44,088 nucleotides of DNA, taken from NCBI GenBank assembly GCA_964419105.1, contig CAYQOJ010000004.1, forward strand, positions 10,993 to 55,080. Reading direction: 5' to 3'. A program made the position numbers and the translations under genes. Positions 1-8,521 of this stretch are shown here, piece by piece. How positions within the stretch are numbered: the stretch's first letter is position 1; every line of letters begins with the position of its first letter. The notes under the pieces were generated by a model, which searched no databases, was not told the origin of the DNA, and saw nothing but the letters and a program-made list of their open reading frames with translations. The DNA comes from an uncultured Methylococcus sp. GTDB taxonomy: Bacteria; Pseudomonadota; Gammaproteobacteria; Methylococcales; Methylococcaceae.

Positions 1-81
1 TGGTTGCTGGGGCAGCAGTTGTAGTTGTGGTTGCTGGGGCAGCAGTTGTAGTTGTGGTTGCTGGGGCAGCAGTTGTAGTTG
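1..81. repeat. Three perfect 27-bp tandem repeats (TGGTTGCTGGGGCAGCAGTTGTAGTTG), cut by the window edge
   Basis: Units at 1-27, 28-54 and 55-81 are identical. On the minus strand each unit encodes TTTTAAPAT inside the fibre ORF. Confidence 0.95.
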
Positions 82-1351
82 TAGAACCAGCAACACAAGA
101 AATAAAGACTTCGTCCACAAGGTTTCCACACTCATCATACCAACGTGTAACGTTTGCTACACCAGAAGGACATCCCCAATCTCCACTTGTTCCAGGTGAT
201 GACGTAACGTACCCTCCAGAACATGTTGTAGTTGTAGTAACTCCAGAGGTCGTGGTTGTGGTTGATCCAGTAGTGGTAGTTGTTGTGCTACCAGTAGTAG
301 TGGTAGTAGTAGTTGTTGCACCAGTTGTAGTCGTTGTTCCACCGTTTGAACATGGGAATGGCGGTGCTGATGGATAAGAATTGCTTCCAACAGGTGCATA
401 AACACAAACAGTATTTGTTACACCCTCAACACATCCTGATGCATCATAAGGATTTTCAAAACTATAAACATCTCCAGTATTTTCACGTGTAGTGCAGAAA
501 TATGTATAAGTTACGCCAGCAGTTGTTGTCGTTGTAGTGGTTGTAGTTGTTGTCGTGCTTGTTGTTGGGGTGGTACCTGTAGTTGCTTGAGTTGTCGTAG
601 TTGTAGTTCCACCACCTCCACTGGTTGTTGTTGTAGTTCCCCCACCACCACTAGTAGTAGTTGTTGTAGAACCAGCAGTTGTAGTTGTTGTAGTTGGCGC
701 TGCGGTAGTTGTAGTGGTAGTTGTTGGAACACCCTGAACAATAAGATCACCAGTTAGAAGCCAACTATTTGTATCCAACTTGGTCAGTTTTACGATTCCA
801 TATCTATATGCGATGTCAAGGTAATCTCCCTTGCTATAAATGACCGCACCAGAAGCAGGGGTTATAGTTACATCTCCAGACCCCATTCTAGAAATCTCAA
901 TCACAGTCCCAATAGGAAATGCCTGTGAAGAATTTGCAGGAACAGAAATAACAACATCAGAAGATGATGAAACTGTTATCAACTTTCCAGAATCAAAAGT
1001 TTGAAGAGTGTAGTTTGATGTTTTAGCATCAATAACTACATCATTAATTGATGTCCAAGCCCCATTGTGGTAATACTGAAGTTGATTGATTACGTTTCCA
1101 GAATTATCCTGCCTTACAAAAGCAACTATGCCGTTTGTTGGAGATGGGATTGCTGTGTTTCTGGCATTTGGATTTTGGAAGTTGTTGACTCCACCCTCTG
1201 CCTTTACAACAGATTCAAAAGTTACTGTGTTTGCAAAATTTTGTGTCCCAGTCCACTCATATGAACCAGCAGTATTAACAGCACCACTAATCGCATACCA
1301 AGTACCGTCTTGGTAAATATATGCAATCTTTCCAGTGTTGTCAATCGCCAT
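1..1351 (-). CDS. Tail-fibre-like structural protein, partial (C-terminus beyond window)
   Basis: ATG at 1351 overlaps the upstream stop (TAATG). My manual translation is open to position 1; the ORF is absent from the track because no stop lies in the window. An N-terminal globular part (MAIDNTGKIAYIYQDGTWYAISG...) is followed by poly-Thr/Gly linkers and two 4-Cys modules. Confidence 0.7.
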   Translation of the reverse strand, partial: MAIDNTGKIAYIYQDGTWYAISGAVNTAGSYEWTGTQNFANTVTFESVVKAEGGVNNFQNPNARNTAIPSPTNGIVAFVRQDNSGNVINQLQYYHNGAWTSINDVVIDAKTSNYTLQTFDSGKLITVSSSSDVVISVPANSSQAFPIGTVIEISRMGSGDVTITPASGAVIYSKGDYLDIAYRYGIVKLTKLDTNSWLLTGDLIVQGVPTTTTTTTAAPTTTTTTAGSTTTTTSGGGGTTTTTSGGGGTTTTTTQATTGTTPTTSTTTTTTTTTTTTAGVTYTYFCTTRENTGDVYSFENPYDASGCVEGVTNTVCVYAPVGSNSYPSAPPFPCSNGGTTTTTGATTTTTTTTGSTTTTTTGSTTTTTSGVTTTTTCSGGYVTSSPGTSGDWGCPSGVANVTRWYDECGNLVDEVFISCVAGSTTTTAAPATTTTTAAPATTTTTAAPAT

Positions 1352-1560
1352 TATAGTCCCATCGCTTTCAAATCTGCCTCAGTAATTCCAAGTTTTGCCA
1401 ACTTAGCAACTGCAATCTCTTTTGCAGCAATAGCATCTTTGTGAACCTGGATCTTTGCCTGGGCCTTAGATGTTACCGCCAAATAATTATTATACTCTTC
1501 TTCTGCCATTCCTAGAGTATTTTTAGGGGAATTGTTTACGTTAGTCTTTTTCTTTGGCAT
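1351..1560 (-). CDS. Small hypothetical protein (Lys/Ala-rich helical)
   Basis: The internal ATG (MPKKKTNV...) at 1560 overlaps the upstream stop. It is tightly packed in the fibre operon. Confidence 0.5.
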   Translation of the reverse strand: MPKKKTNVNNSPKNTLGMAEEEYNNYLAVTSKAQAKIQVHKDAIAAKEIAVAKLAKLGITEADLKAMGL

Positions 1561-2573
1561 TATCTGTACCCCCAAACTTCATAGGTCCCAGAATCAAACT
1601 CTCCATTTGACAAAAATATTTGAATGGAGTCAATTGGTAGCGGACTTACATAGTAGCCAAACTCGTCCTGAGAAGAAAGTGTATATACTGGCTTTAGTGC
1701 TGCAGAAGTATGTGCTAAATCAATAAAAATTACGTGGTTGACAGAAGATGCTTCTGAGATTAATGCGCTATCAAGTGAAATACTAGAGGTTGTCCCGTCG
1801 GTATCTACATAGTTTGACCCTGTATCTCCATTAAACTGCAAAGAGATAATAGAGTCTGCAGTAATGTCGTCATGACTCCAATTTTTAAGAACAATAGCAA
1901 GCCTTTCTCCATGAACTGATGGGATAGAAAGTGTTGGCCCAGATAGTGTTCCACTTGCAAGAATGGTCCATTGCTTTTCATTGCCCCAATAAGGTACTCC
2001 AGCACCTACCTTAAGAATTTGACCAGTTGCACCAATAGAAAGTTTTGTATAAGTGTTATCGGAAGATCCGTAAATCATATCGCCTTGATTATCAACCAAA
2101 TTTTCTAGTTGATTAAATACATCCCATGAAGATGTTCCAGCATTATAAACAAAAGCACGAATTGGAGTAGCATTCTTGTCAATCCAAATAAGTCCATCCA
2201 CAAGATTTGTGGTAGGTGCCTCATTGGTGTATACCGCTGTTAAGTATCCTACTGAATTATTTGCGCTTTGCGAAGAGTCTACCCAAATAAAACCATTTGG
2301 AATTTCTCCATTAAGAGGAAGTTGAGATGCTGTGGGTTCTGTGGCAGAAAGTTTAGATCCTGTACCAAGTTCGTCTAATGTATTAATTCCATCCTGCAAG
2401 TTCTTCAGGTGTCTGGCAAGGGAGGGGTTTGGGAGTTGGCTTGGATCTGTGTTATTTACATCATAGGATGTTGAACCATATAAAAATAGTTTTAGTGCTG
2501 CTTGAATATCGGCTGCGTCTTCGTAGCCTGGAATTTTAGTGTTATAAAGAGATCCAATGTTTTCAGCAGCCAT
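1560..2573 (-). CDS. Fibre/minor-tail-like structural protein
   Basis: 337-aa ORF in the virion module. It is beta-rich and Asn/Ser/Thr-rich. Motifs (GLIWIDKN, RAFVYNAGTSSWDV) echo the N-terminus of the 1-1351 fibre (IAYIYQDGTWYAI). Confidence 0.6.
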   Translation of the reverse strand: MAAENIGSLYNTKIPGYEDAADIQAALKLFLYGSTSYDVNNTDPSQLPNPSLARHLKNLQDGINTLDELGTGSKLSATEPTASQLPLNGEIPNGFIWVDSSQSANNSVGYLTAVYTNEAPTTNLVDGLIWIDKNATPIRAFVYNAGTSSWDVFNQLENLVDNQGDMIYGSSDNTYTKLSIGATGQILKVGAGVPYWGNEKQWTILASGTLSGPTLSIPSVHGERLAIVLKNWSHDDITADSIISLQFNGDTGSNYVDTDGTTSSISLDSALISEASSVNHVIFIDLAHTSAALKPVYTLSSQDEFGYYVSPLPIDSIQIFLSNGEFDSGTYEVWGYR

Positions 2574-2592
2574 TCACATTCACCATCTTCGA

Positions 2593-3171
2593 TTATACCA
2601 CAGTAATGTGTAGGTGTACTGTCTTTGTTCCAGTTAGACCTACCCATTCCCCTTCTGACAACTCATGTGCTGTAATTGTCAACGGTAGTATCAGAGCACC
2701 ACTATTTACGTCAGTGTAAATCTCGCCAACGCTCATTGAAGAGGCTATGGAAGCGGTGCCCTGAATATTATATTGAATATTAAAATTTTCTGCCTGTAGT
2801 GTTGCAACCAAGTCTGTTGGAACAATTTTATTGACTAAGACGGGTATTGTTGTAGAGCCAGATGTAAAAGTTGTAATGTTATTGTCGCTATAAACATTTG
2901 GAATTAGTTTTACCCTTGGCTCCCAGGTAAATCCTCCAGGAGTATACACATACTGATACATCCAAAGATATTCGTCATCAGTAGTGAGTAGGTTGATGTA
3001 CAAATCATATGCTTGTGGATCTTCTGGAAGTGTTACTAGATTTGGCTTACCATTTCCATAAAAGGTTAGGCTTCCTCTGTCGACCTTTGGACCAAAATCA
3101 ACATCTAAAGAAATTTCGGCTGGTCCTCCAAGAACCGTAAGTTCATCTGTTGCGACCAAAACCTCTGCCAT
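2593..3171 (-). CDS. Hypothetical virion-module protein
   Basis: 192-aa ORF. Its stop overlaps the start of the neighbouring gene within the operon. Confidence 0.55.
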   Translation of the reverse strand: MAEVLVATDELTVLGGPAEISLDVDFGPKVDRGSLTFYGNGKPNLVTLPEDPQAYDLYINLLTTDDEYLWMYQYVYTPGGFTWEPRVKLIPNVYSDNNITTFTSGSTTIPVLVNKIVPTDLVATLQAENFNIQYNIQGTASIASSMSVGEIYTDVNSGALILPLTITAHELSEGEWVGLTGTKTVHLHITVV

Positions 3172-3563
3172 TATACGGCCCCTGTGATGTGGTCTGTTAC
3201 AGTTATATTTCCAGTAAGAAGAGTTATGACGGTATCATATGGCTTTGTACCACCAGAACCTGGCTTTGTAATCTGAACGTCATACATATAAGTTGTTCCT
3301 GCAACCATAGATGCAGAGTCTGCTGGACGAATTGCACATTCAACTCTAGTTTTGTCATCAGAAATTCTTGCAAAACACTCTACTCTATTGGCAACTCCAG
3401 CAGATCCACGGGCTGTGGAATAAAAGAACTCTGCGGTTTCGTTGCCACCAATAGCAAATCCAGTTAGGTCAAAAACTGCACCTGTAGAATCTTTCGGGTA
3501 AATGTTAAATTCATAGGTGTCACCCTTGTAATAGTTAATGTTAAAAGTTGCTGGAAATGCCAT
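3171..3563 (-). CDS. Hypothetical beta-sandwich-like virion protein
   Basis: 130 aa. A GGAGG RBS lies upstream. The N-terminal pattern YKGDTYEF..DSTGAVFDLTGF resembles 4825-5208 (VRGDTSPL..TPYDTTGW). Confidence 0.55.
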   Translation of the reverse strand: MAFPATFNINYYKGDTYEFNIYPKDSTGAVFDLTGFAIGGNETAEFFYSTARGSAGVANRVECFARISDDKTRVECAIRPADSASMVAGTTYMYDVQITKPGSGGTKPYDTVITLLTGNITVTDHITGAV

Positions 3564-3589
3564 AAGTCCTCCAAGTTAATTATATCAGA

Positions 3590-4303
3590 TCAGGAGACAG
3601 AAATTACGATAGATTTGATTCTACCAATAGCGTCCATATCGGTTCTGATTTGTGGAATTATTCCACTTGACTTGTTAACCTCCTTAGATACTGGTATTTT
3701 GTGTGACACGGAAAGTTCATAGGTGTACTGATACTTCAGGTTTCCCACTAAAGAAGTGTACTCATCTCCAGTGTCTGGGAAAAGTGATCTAACCCAAACT
3801 TCAGTGTTTGGAGAGAACGTTTCTAACTCAAGATTATAAGTTATCTCGACTTGAGAGCCAAGTTTAAGGGATTTAAGATTGATTCTTCTGCTGTGAGAGT
3901 TGTATAGACTAACGGAAGACTCTGGTAAGTATTTTTCGTTTACTCCTTCAGCGCTTGGATCGACATAAATATCTACCCAGCCGTCTATACCCCTAGTTGC
4001 CCCCAACTGTAACTTTCTTAGTTCTGAATTTTCATATGATGCCCATCCAGATTGCTGACCATGTACTGGAATGCCCGATTTACCGTCTTTACCAGCCTTT
4101 CCAGCCTTTCCAGGCTCTCCTGGCTCTCCTCTATCCCCCTTTGGCCCTTGAGGCCCCTGTGGGCCTGCTGGGCCCCGTTCTCCCTGTGGTCCTGGAACTG
4201 GGATATAAGATACTGAACCAGGCTCCTGAGTTTGAGACTGCTGAACCTGTGCTGCATAGGCAGACTTTTTACTTGTAGGAAAATCCATGTTTTTACTAGC
4301 CAT
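3590..4303 (-). CDS. Collagen-repeat fibre protein
   Basis: About 13 uninterrupted Gly-X-Y triplets (GPQGERGPAGPQGPQGPKGDRGEPGEPGKAGKAGKDGKSG) at roughly nt 4073-4195, followed by a beta-rich C-terminal domain. Confidence 0.8.
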   Translation of the reverse strand: MASKNMDFPTSKKSAYAAQVQQSQTQEPGSVSYIPVPGPQGERGPAGPQGPQGPKGDRGEPGEPGKAGKAGKDGKSGIPVHGQQSGWASYENSELRKLQLGATRGIDGWVDIYVDPSAEGVNEKYLPESSVSLYNSHSRRINLKSLKLGSQVEITYNLELETFSPNTEVWVRSLFPDTGDEYTSLVGNLKYQYTYELSVSHKIPVSKEVNKSSGIIPQIRTDMDAIGRIKSIVISVS

Positions 4304-4315
4304 GGATCCTCACCC

Positions 4316-4825
4316 CTACTCTACCGCCTCGTAAACAAACGATATGTGAAATCTGTCGCTAGTTGTTAGTGTTACTGGTGAGCCTTGATAAAACGGCTCA
4401 TCTGGACTGTTGCCAACTGTCCAAAGATAAACCTTGTTGTCATTTGGAAAAAGGTGTCCCTTAATTGAATAATAGTTTGGCTGGCCATTGCTATACTTAT
4501 GAATAGTTCCAGCATAAGCATCTGAGTGAAACGCTGGGGCAAATGGAAGTGTTAGTCTGTATTGCCCAGTTCCAAAGTTTGTAATGTTGTCAAGATCTAC
4601 ATCAATATAAACAAACACAAGTTTGCCATTCTTGATATATCTTGCCGTTGTTGGGGTTCCTGTAAATGTTAGACCATCTGCAGATAGTGTTGACGTATAA
4701 ACTACTGGTGATGCTGCTGGACCCATTGGACCAGTCAAACCAGTTTCTCCCTGAATACCCTGCAATCCACGTGGGCCTTGTGGTCCAGGCACTCCTGGAA
4801 ACGGTACAATCTTAATTGTTGGCAT
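4316..4825 (-). CDS. Collagen-repeat fibre protein with C-terminal tip domain
   Basis: N-terminal GVPGPQGPRGLQGIQGETGLTGPMGP (8 triplets). The C-terminal domain is paralogous to 25741-26187. Confidence 0.8.
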   Translation of the reverse strand: MPTIKIVPFPGVPGPQGPRGLQGIQGETGLTGPMGPAASPVVYTSTLSADGLTFTGTPTTARYIKNGKLVFVYIDVDLDNITNFGTGQYRLTLPFAPAFHSDAYAGTIHKYSNGQPNYYSIKGHLFPNDNKVYLWTVGNSPDEPFYQGSPVTLTTSDRFHISFVYEAVE

Positions 4826-5208
4826 TATAAACTACCTCCTGTAACGTCCCCAAGAACAGAGATAGTTCCAATAACAGGAGTCCATACGGTCTCTCCGTCA
4901 ATCGTTACTTGGAGATCAAAAGCCAATTCTGCTACTACGGAGCCATATCCTGAACCCCATAGAGAAGTAATTTCTGGGCTAGCCTTGATTTCTACATAGC
5001 CTGGGCCTGGAACTACTTCTAACTCATCAATAACGTCTCCACGGAAATCATACGTGCTAGAGGAGTACTCCCAGCCAGTTGTGTCGTACGGAGTTACTTC
5101 GTCATTTTGGTAGAACTCTACCTTTAGCGGAGATGTGTCTCCACGTACGATCTGCCACTTGATATTGGCGGGGTCCGCACCAAAGATTTCAGGAGAGCAT
5201 TGAGTCAT
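4825..5208 (-). CDS. Hypothetical virion-module protein (first gene of the fibre operon)
   Basis: 127 aa. A TATAAT box (revcomp, 5218-5223) lies 9 nt upstream of the ATG. The stop overlaps the next start. Confidence 0.55.
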   Translation of the reverse strand: MTQCSPEIFGADPANIKWQIVRGDTSPLKVEFYQNDEVTPYDTTGWEYSSSTYDFRGDVIDELEVVPGPGYVEIKASPEITSLWGSGYGSVVAELAFDLQVTIDGETVWTPVIGTISVLGDVTGGSL

Positions 5209-5240
5209 AGTACTTAGATTATACCAGATAAAATTAAAGA

Positions 5241-5285
5241 CTAGTAGTCAGGATGGTGGGTATGAGAGACGACCCTAACTACTAG
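5241..5285 (-). terminator. Stem-loop (12-bp arms CTAGTAGTCAGG / CCTAACTACTAG)
   Basis: Near-perfect inverted repeat at 5241-5252 and 5274-5285, between the end of 5487-5732 and the fibre operon. T-rich sequence follows on the minus strand. Confidence 0.4.
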
Positions 5286-5486
5286 CCTTATAAATTATAC
5301 CATGTCAAGGATATATAAACCTGTTATCTTAATGTTATCAAAGAGTTATAAAAAAGTTATATGAAAATATCGTTTCTGGCTTGACAAATATCCAGTCAGT
5401 GTGCTACCCTATTATTTATATATATATTAAAGAATATCTTTAATCTTAAATATTATAATATCTTATATATTTATATATATTATATA

Positions 5487-5732
5487 TTAGCGATTATTTT
5501 TGTCAATATGGGTAAACAAGAAATCTGTTAGTTTATCTAATTTACGATCTAACTCTTTATGTTGGATTTCGAGTCTTGTAACCTGATCTTTTAAACTTGA
5601 TCCAGAGTTAGGCTTTAACTCGTTTTTGATTTCCTGAAAATAGTGTTTGACAAGCCACTTGACACCGCCAAGAACTGCTGTTAGAATAGTTATTATGCTG
5701 ACAACTAGGGCAGCGATTTCATGTGGTTGCAT
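5487..5732 (-). CDS. Membrane-anchored coiled-coil protein
   Basis: The internal Met (MQPHEIAALVVSIITILTAVLGG...) avoids overlap with the divergent gene at 5781. It has one TM helix and then a charged helical tail. Confidence 0.5.
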   Translation of the reverse strand: MQPHEIAALVVSIITILTAVLGGVKWLVKHYFQEIKNELKPNSGSSLKDQVTRLEIQHKELDRKLDKLTDFLFTHIDKNNR

Positions 5733-5780
5733 AACTATATAATTATAAACCACATTTTTACTGAATGAAAGGTTCGACGT

Positions 5781-6551
5781 ATGAAACAAGCGATTTTAGA
5801 GACTTTGTCGTACTCTGACAAATTAATTATTTCGCCAGATATGGATGGATTCATGACGGCTGCCTTGATTGCTAGGTTTAACGGTTCGACGGTGGTAGGG
5901 GCTTACGACAAAAATATTTTGGTTTTGGCGGACGGGATCAATGTGGAAGAATGTCTGTTCGTCGATTGTGACCTCAATAGGTATAACTTGGTTTCGATTG
6001 GAAATCATATGCGCCTCCAGGAGGATAGTATGTCGAATAGATCGTTTAATCCTAATCGGCATTTTGGGATTACAAAGTATAGCGACAAGTTTCCCTTCGC
6101 TACGGCTTTTTTGATTTCGCTCGCAACAGAGATTCCTACATCCCCATCCGACCACCAACGCATGGCTTTCGCTGACTCTACACTACGCAATATGGAGAAC
6201 TACAGCGAGAATATGCATAACTGGTCGCAACGGATGATGCATCCTGCTGTGTCCTATATTATGGATGCTACAGATGTGGAGAATATCTATGATGAGGAAC
6301 TTAGGGTTACATATCCAAATCAGTCATTTGTCTCAAAGCGCTATGGCAAGGAACGGTATATCCAAACACTCAACGATGCGTTGAAAAACGAGGGTATACC
6401 ATATGTGCCAATTACGCATGGCAAGAAGTATATGGCTGATAAGGTAGGTGTCAACACAGTCAGAAGATACATGTCTGATATAATTTCATATGCGGAAGTA
6501 TTTGGAGGCGAATACTCTGTTACATATGATCAGGAGATAGACTGGAAATGA
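5781..6551 (+). CDS. Hypothetical protein
   Basis: 256-aa ORF and first gene of the rightward block. A faint DHH-like SPDMDGF motif is not enough to assign a function. Confidence 0.6.
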   Translation: MKQAILETLSYSDKLIISPDMDGFMTAALIARFNGSTVVGAYDKNILVLADGINVEECLFVDCDLNRYNLVSIGNHMRLQEDSMSNRSFNPNRHFGITKYSDKFPFATAFLISLATEIPTSPSDHQRMAFADSTLRNMENYSENMHNWSQRMMHPAVSYIMDATDVENIYDEELRVTYPNQSFVSKRYGKERYIQTLNDALKNEGIPYVPITHGKKYMADKVGVNTVRRYMSDIISYAEVFGGEYSVTYDQEIDWK

Positions 6552-6745
6552 GTGATGTTAGATTCATTGACTTGTTTGATCCTCGTCAGCCAAGATCAGA
6601 TGAAGATCTGATTAAATACCGCCTCGAAATCTGCAATTCCTGTGAATGGTTGGATAAGCGCTTAACCAAATGTAGGAAATGTGGATGTTTCATGAAACTC
6701 AAATCAACATTAAAACAGGCTCAATGCCCTCTAGAGAAATGGTAA
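6548..6745 (+). CDS. Small Cys-rich (zinc-ribbon-like) protein
   Basis: ATGA start/stop overlap with the upstream gene. It carries a CNSC...CRKCGC...CP motif. Confidence 0.6.
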   Translation: MSDVRFIDLFDPRQPRSDEDLIKYRLEICNSCEWLDKRLTKCRKCGCFMKLKSTLKQAQCPLEKW

Positions 6746-6749
6746 AACA

Positions 6750-6944
6750 ATGCTATACAGACACGAAGTAATCAAGATGATGTCGGACTATATCGAGCAG
6801 ATGAATGTCCAAATGGCCAAGCAACAAGGAATGCCAGATAGTGAGATTGAAAAAGTTCTAGGACAGGCTCGTCCTCAACTAGACTTTGTTAATGGAATGC
6901 TATATGACATGCTTGTTGAGAATGGTGTTGTCGTCAAGCAGTAA
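6750..6944 (+). CDS. Hypothetical small protein
   Basis: 64-aa ORF starting 4 nt after the previous stop. Confidence 0.5.
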   Translation: MLYRHEVIKMMSDYIEQMNVQMAKQQGMPDSEIEKVLGQARPQLDFVNGMLYDMLVENGVVVKQ

Positions 6945-6975
6945 TCTGCTATCCCGCCAAAAATAGGAGATCAGG

Positions 6976-7095
6976 TTAGTCCTGGTCTTCTGTTTTATGG
7001 TCATTGTCTGATTGGCATGAACATCCATTGCAGCAAGAATCTGAAAAAATTTTTATAGCCAGATTATCGATACTGCCATCACGTGTAATATCCAT
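6976..7095 (-). CDS. Possible 39-aa Cys-rich acidic peptide
   Basis: Manual translation gives MDITRDGSIDNLAIKIFSDSCCNGCSCQSDNDHKTEDQD. A GGAGGG lies about 14 nt upstream. Confidence 0.3.
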   Translation of the reverse strand: MDITRDGSIDNLAIKIFSDSCCNGCSCQSDNDHKTEDQD

Positions 7096-7470
7096 GGATC
7101 TATTATACCCTCCAAAATTGTGTGTACGCACGAAAATCTAGGATTTAGGTACCCGCAAATCTATGATTTAACCCATTTTCGTGTGATCGTGCAAATTTCA
7201 TTAAACGAAGGATAAATTCAGTTTTATGAAAATCTGAATATTTTTACCAGATGTACGATACACGATTGTTGTAAAAAATGCAAGTTCAAATAGTGAGCAC
7301 ACAACTACTGGTGCTTGCTTGTATTCTAATACTAGTGCTTGCCTGATTGTAGAAAACCTACAACAAAACCGTGATAACTTTGTTACATAAAATGCTTGAC
7401 AAAATAGATATTCATAGTAAAGTAATAGTAGAAAAAGAAAAAAGAAAAAGTTCAAAAGAAAGGAAATAAA

Positions 7471-7590
7471 ATGAACAAGATTCAAAAAATAGAAATAACA
7501 GGCAAGCCAATGGTTTGCGACTTCCACTCAACAGTTCCAGAAACTGTAAATGGAAACTGCCTCTACTGCGAAAGCGTAGAGCGTAGATAA
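7471..7590 (+). CDS. 39-aa Cys-containing peptide
   Basis: An AAAGGAAATAAA RBS precedes the ATG (MNKIQKIEITGKPMVCDFHSTVPETVNGNCLYCESVERR). It is a paralog of 9002-9112, including the upstream A-rich leader. Confidence 0.45.
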   Translation: MNKIQKIEITGKPMVCDFHSTVPETVNGNCLYCESVERR

Positions 7591-7754
7591 TGATAGATAG
7601 ATTCAAGAAACTAAACATCTTATCTCTACAAGAAGTAGAACAAGAAATTGATCTGCTAATTAGTATCTCAGAAAATCCTAGTGATAACCTAATAGAAGAG
7701 ATAACTAATCTAATTAGATTGGCTAAGTCTTTAGGTAGTAATAGAGATTGGTAA
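7590..7754 (+). CDS. 54-aa hypothetical peptide
   Basis: TAATG overlap with 7471-7590. It is helical and acidic. Confidence 0.4.
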   Translation: MIDRFKKLNILSLQEVEQEIDLLISISENPSDNLIEEITNLIRLAKSLGSNRDW

Positions 7755-7757
7755 AGG

Positions 7758-7934
7758 TTAGGCTTTTGACCTAACCCAACCTGATACCCCAGCCAATGGC
7801 GCATCTACCTGAACAGTAGCACCTTTTGGCAATTTATTGGTTAGTGCTTCAACATAATCTAAAACACTTTGCTTTGTAGGTAGTTCCACTTTCATGGTGC
7901 TACCTGTAACGCTTGTTAGTTGAACAGTTATCAT
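7758..7934 (-). CDS. 58-aa hypothetical protein (leftward early operon)
   Basis: Manual ORF MITVQLTSVTGSTMKVELPTKQ... It abuts the stop of 7935-8087. Confidence 0.45.
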   Translation of the reverse strand: MITVQLTSVTGSTMKVELPTKQSVLDYVEALTNKLPKGATVQVDAPLAGVSGWVRSKA

Positions 7935-8087
7935 TTAGTAAGCCTCTCTAGTTGTGAATAGTGTGCCTGTATTGTTTAGCACGCAATCGCATGGTTCAAT
8001 GTTGTAATCTTCTGCTCCGCCATAGTAAAGATAACCCTTACCCCAGCAACTTGAGCAATCAAAAGTAATTGTTTTGTAGAGTTTCAT
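7935..8087 (-). CDS. 50-aa protein with a DnaJ-type CxxCxGxG zinc-finger motif
   Basis: Manual ORF MKLYKTITFDCSSCWGKGYLYYGGAEDYNIEPCDC... Confidence 0.5.
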   Translation of the reverse strand: MKLYKTITFDCSSCWGKGYLYYGGAEDYNIEPCDCVLNNTGTLFTTREAY

Positions 8088-8098
8088 TTTCGCAACCC

Positions 8099-8311
8099 CT
8101 ATTCTGTAATTACCGCTAGAGTAGCCCAGAAATCGCTACCTCTATCAGGGCGAACACGAACAGCGTAAGCGTTAGCGTTAGATAGATAAACATCATCACG
8201 CAAAACGGCTTCTTGAATAATTCCGTCATTGAAACGACCTCGCTTTGTTGAGCGATAGTATTTACCCACTAGGGCTTCCTCAATGGTGAATGCTTGAATG
8301 TTGGTTTTCAT
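8099..8311 (-). CDS. Hypothetical protein
   Basis: 70-aa ORF with an AAAGAAAGGATAAC RBS upstream on the minus strand. Confidence 0.6.
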   Translation of the reverse strand: MKTNIQAFTIEEALVGKYYRSTKRGRFNDGIIQEAVLRDDVYLSNANAYAVRVRPDRGSDFWATLAVITE

Positions 8312-8464
8312 AGTTAGTTATCCTTTCTTTGATACTAGGAGTATCCTAGCACAGGGGGCTGACATTTTGGCTACTTATTTGCTAAGGCTCACTGTGTTTT
8401 GTATCACATTTATTTGCTTAGGCTCATTAGCCAATTTGTCCTTATTTAGTTTTTGATACTAGGT

Positions 8465-8506
8465 ATCCTATCATGCTTACCGCCAAAAGTCAAGGCGACA
8501 CGCCGT
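8465..8506 (-). promoter_or_regulatory. Leftward sigma70/SigA-type promoter with upstream ACGGCGTGTCG element
   Basis: On the minus strand: ACGGCGTGTCG (8496-8506), 2 nt, TTGACT (8488-8493), 17-nt spacer, TAGGAT (8465-8470). Confidence 0.6.
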
Positions 8507-8521
8507 AGGCGTTGTGTGGTC

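Noticed and set aside
27-750. Track ORFs 27-377 (+), 157-405 (-) and 511-750 (-), with Val-, Leu- or Gln-rich translations
   Set aside because: They are alternative frames of the poly-Thr/Gly-encoding repeats. The frame starting at ATG 1351 on the minus strand reads through the whole region and gives a sensible fibre protein.
3997-4278. Track ORFs 3997-4278 (+) and 4018-4257 (-)
   Set aside because: They are off-frame or antisense readings of the Gly-X-Y repeat DNA of 3590-4303. They have no start signals, and their repetitive composition is explained by the collagen repeat.
5290-5486. The AT-rich low-complexity tract (TATATATATATTAAAG...TTATATATTTATATATATTATATATT) as an origin of replication
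   Set aside because: It has no iterons or DnaA boxes. It lies between a gene end and the fibre-operon promoter, so it may simply be promoter or terminator spacer DNA. The 19690-20650 region is a far better origin candidate.
7201-7804. Track ORFs 7201-7527 (-) and 7412-7804 (-)
   Set aside because: They give Leu/Phe/Ser-rich low-complexity translations antisense to an A-rich leader. The region is better explained by RBS-preceded plus-strand ORFs at 7471-7590 and 7590-7754 and the minus-strand ORF at 7758-7934.
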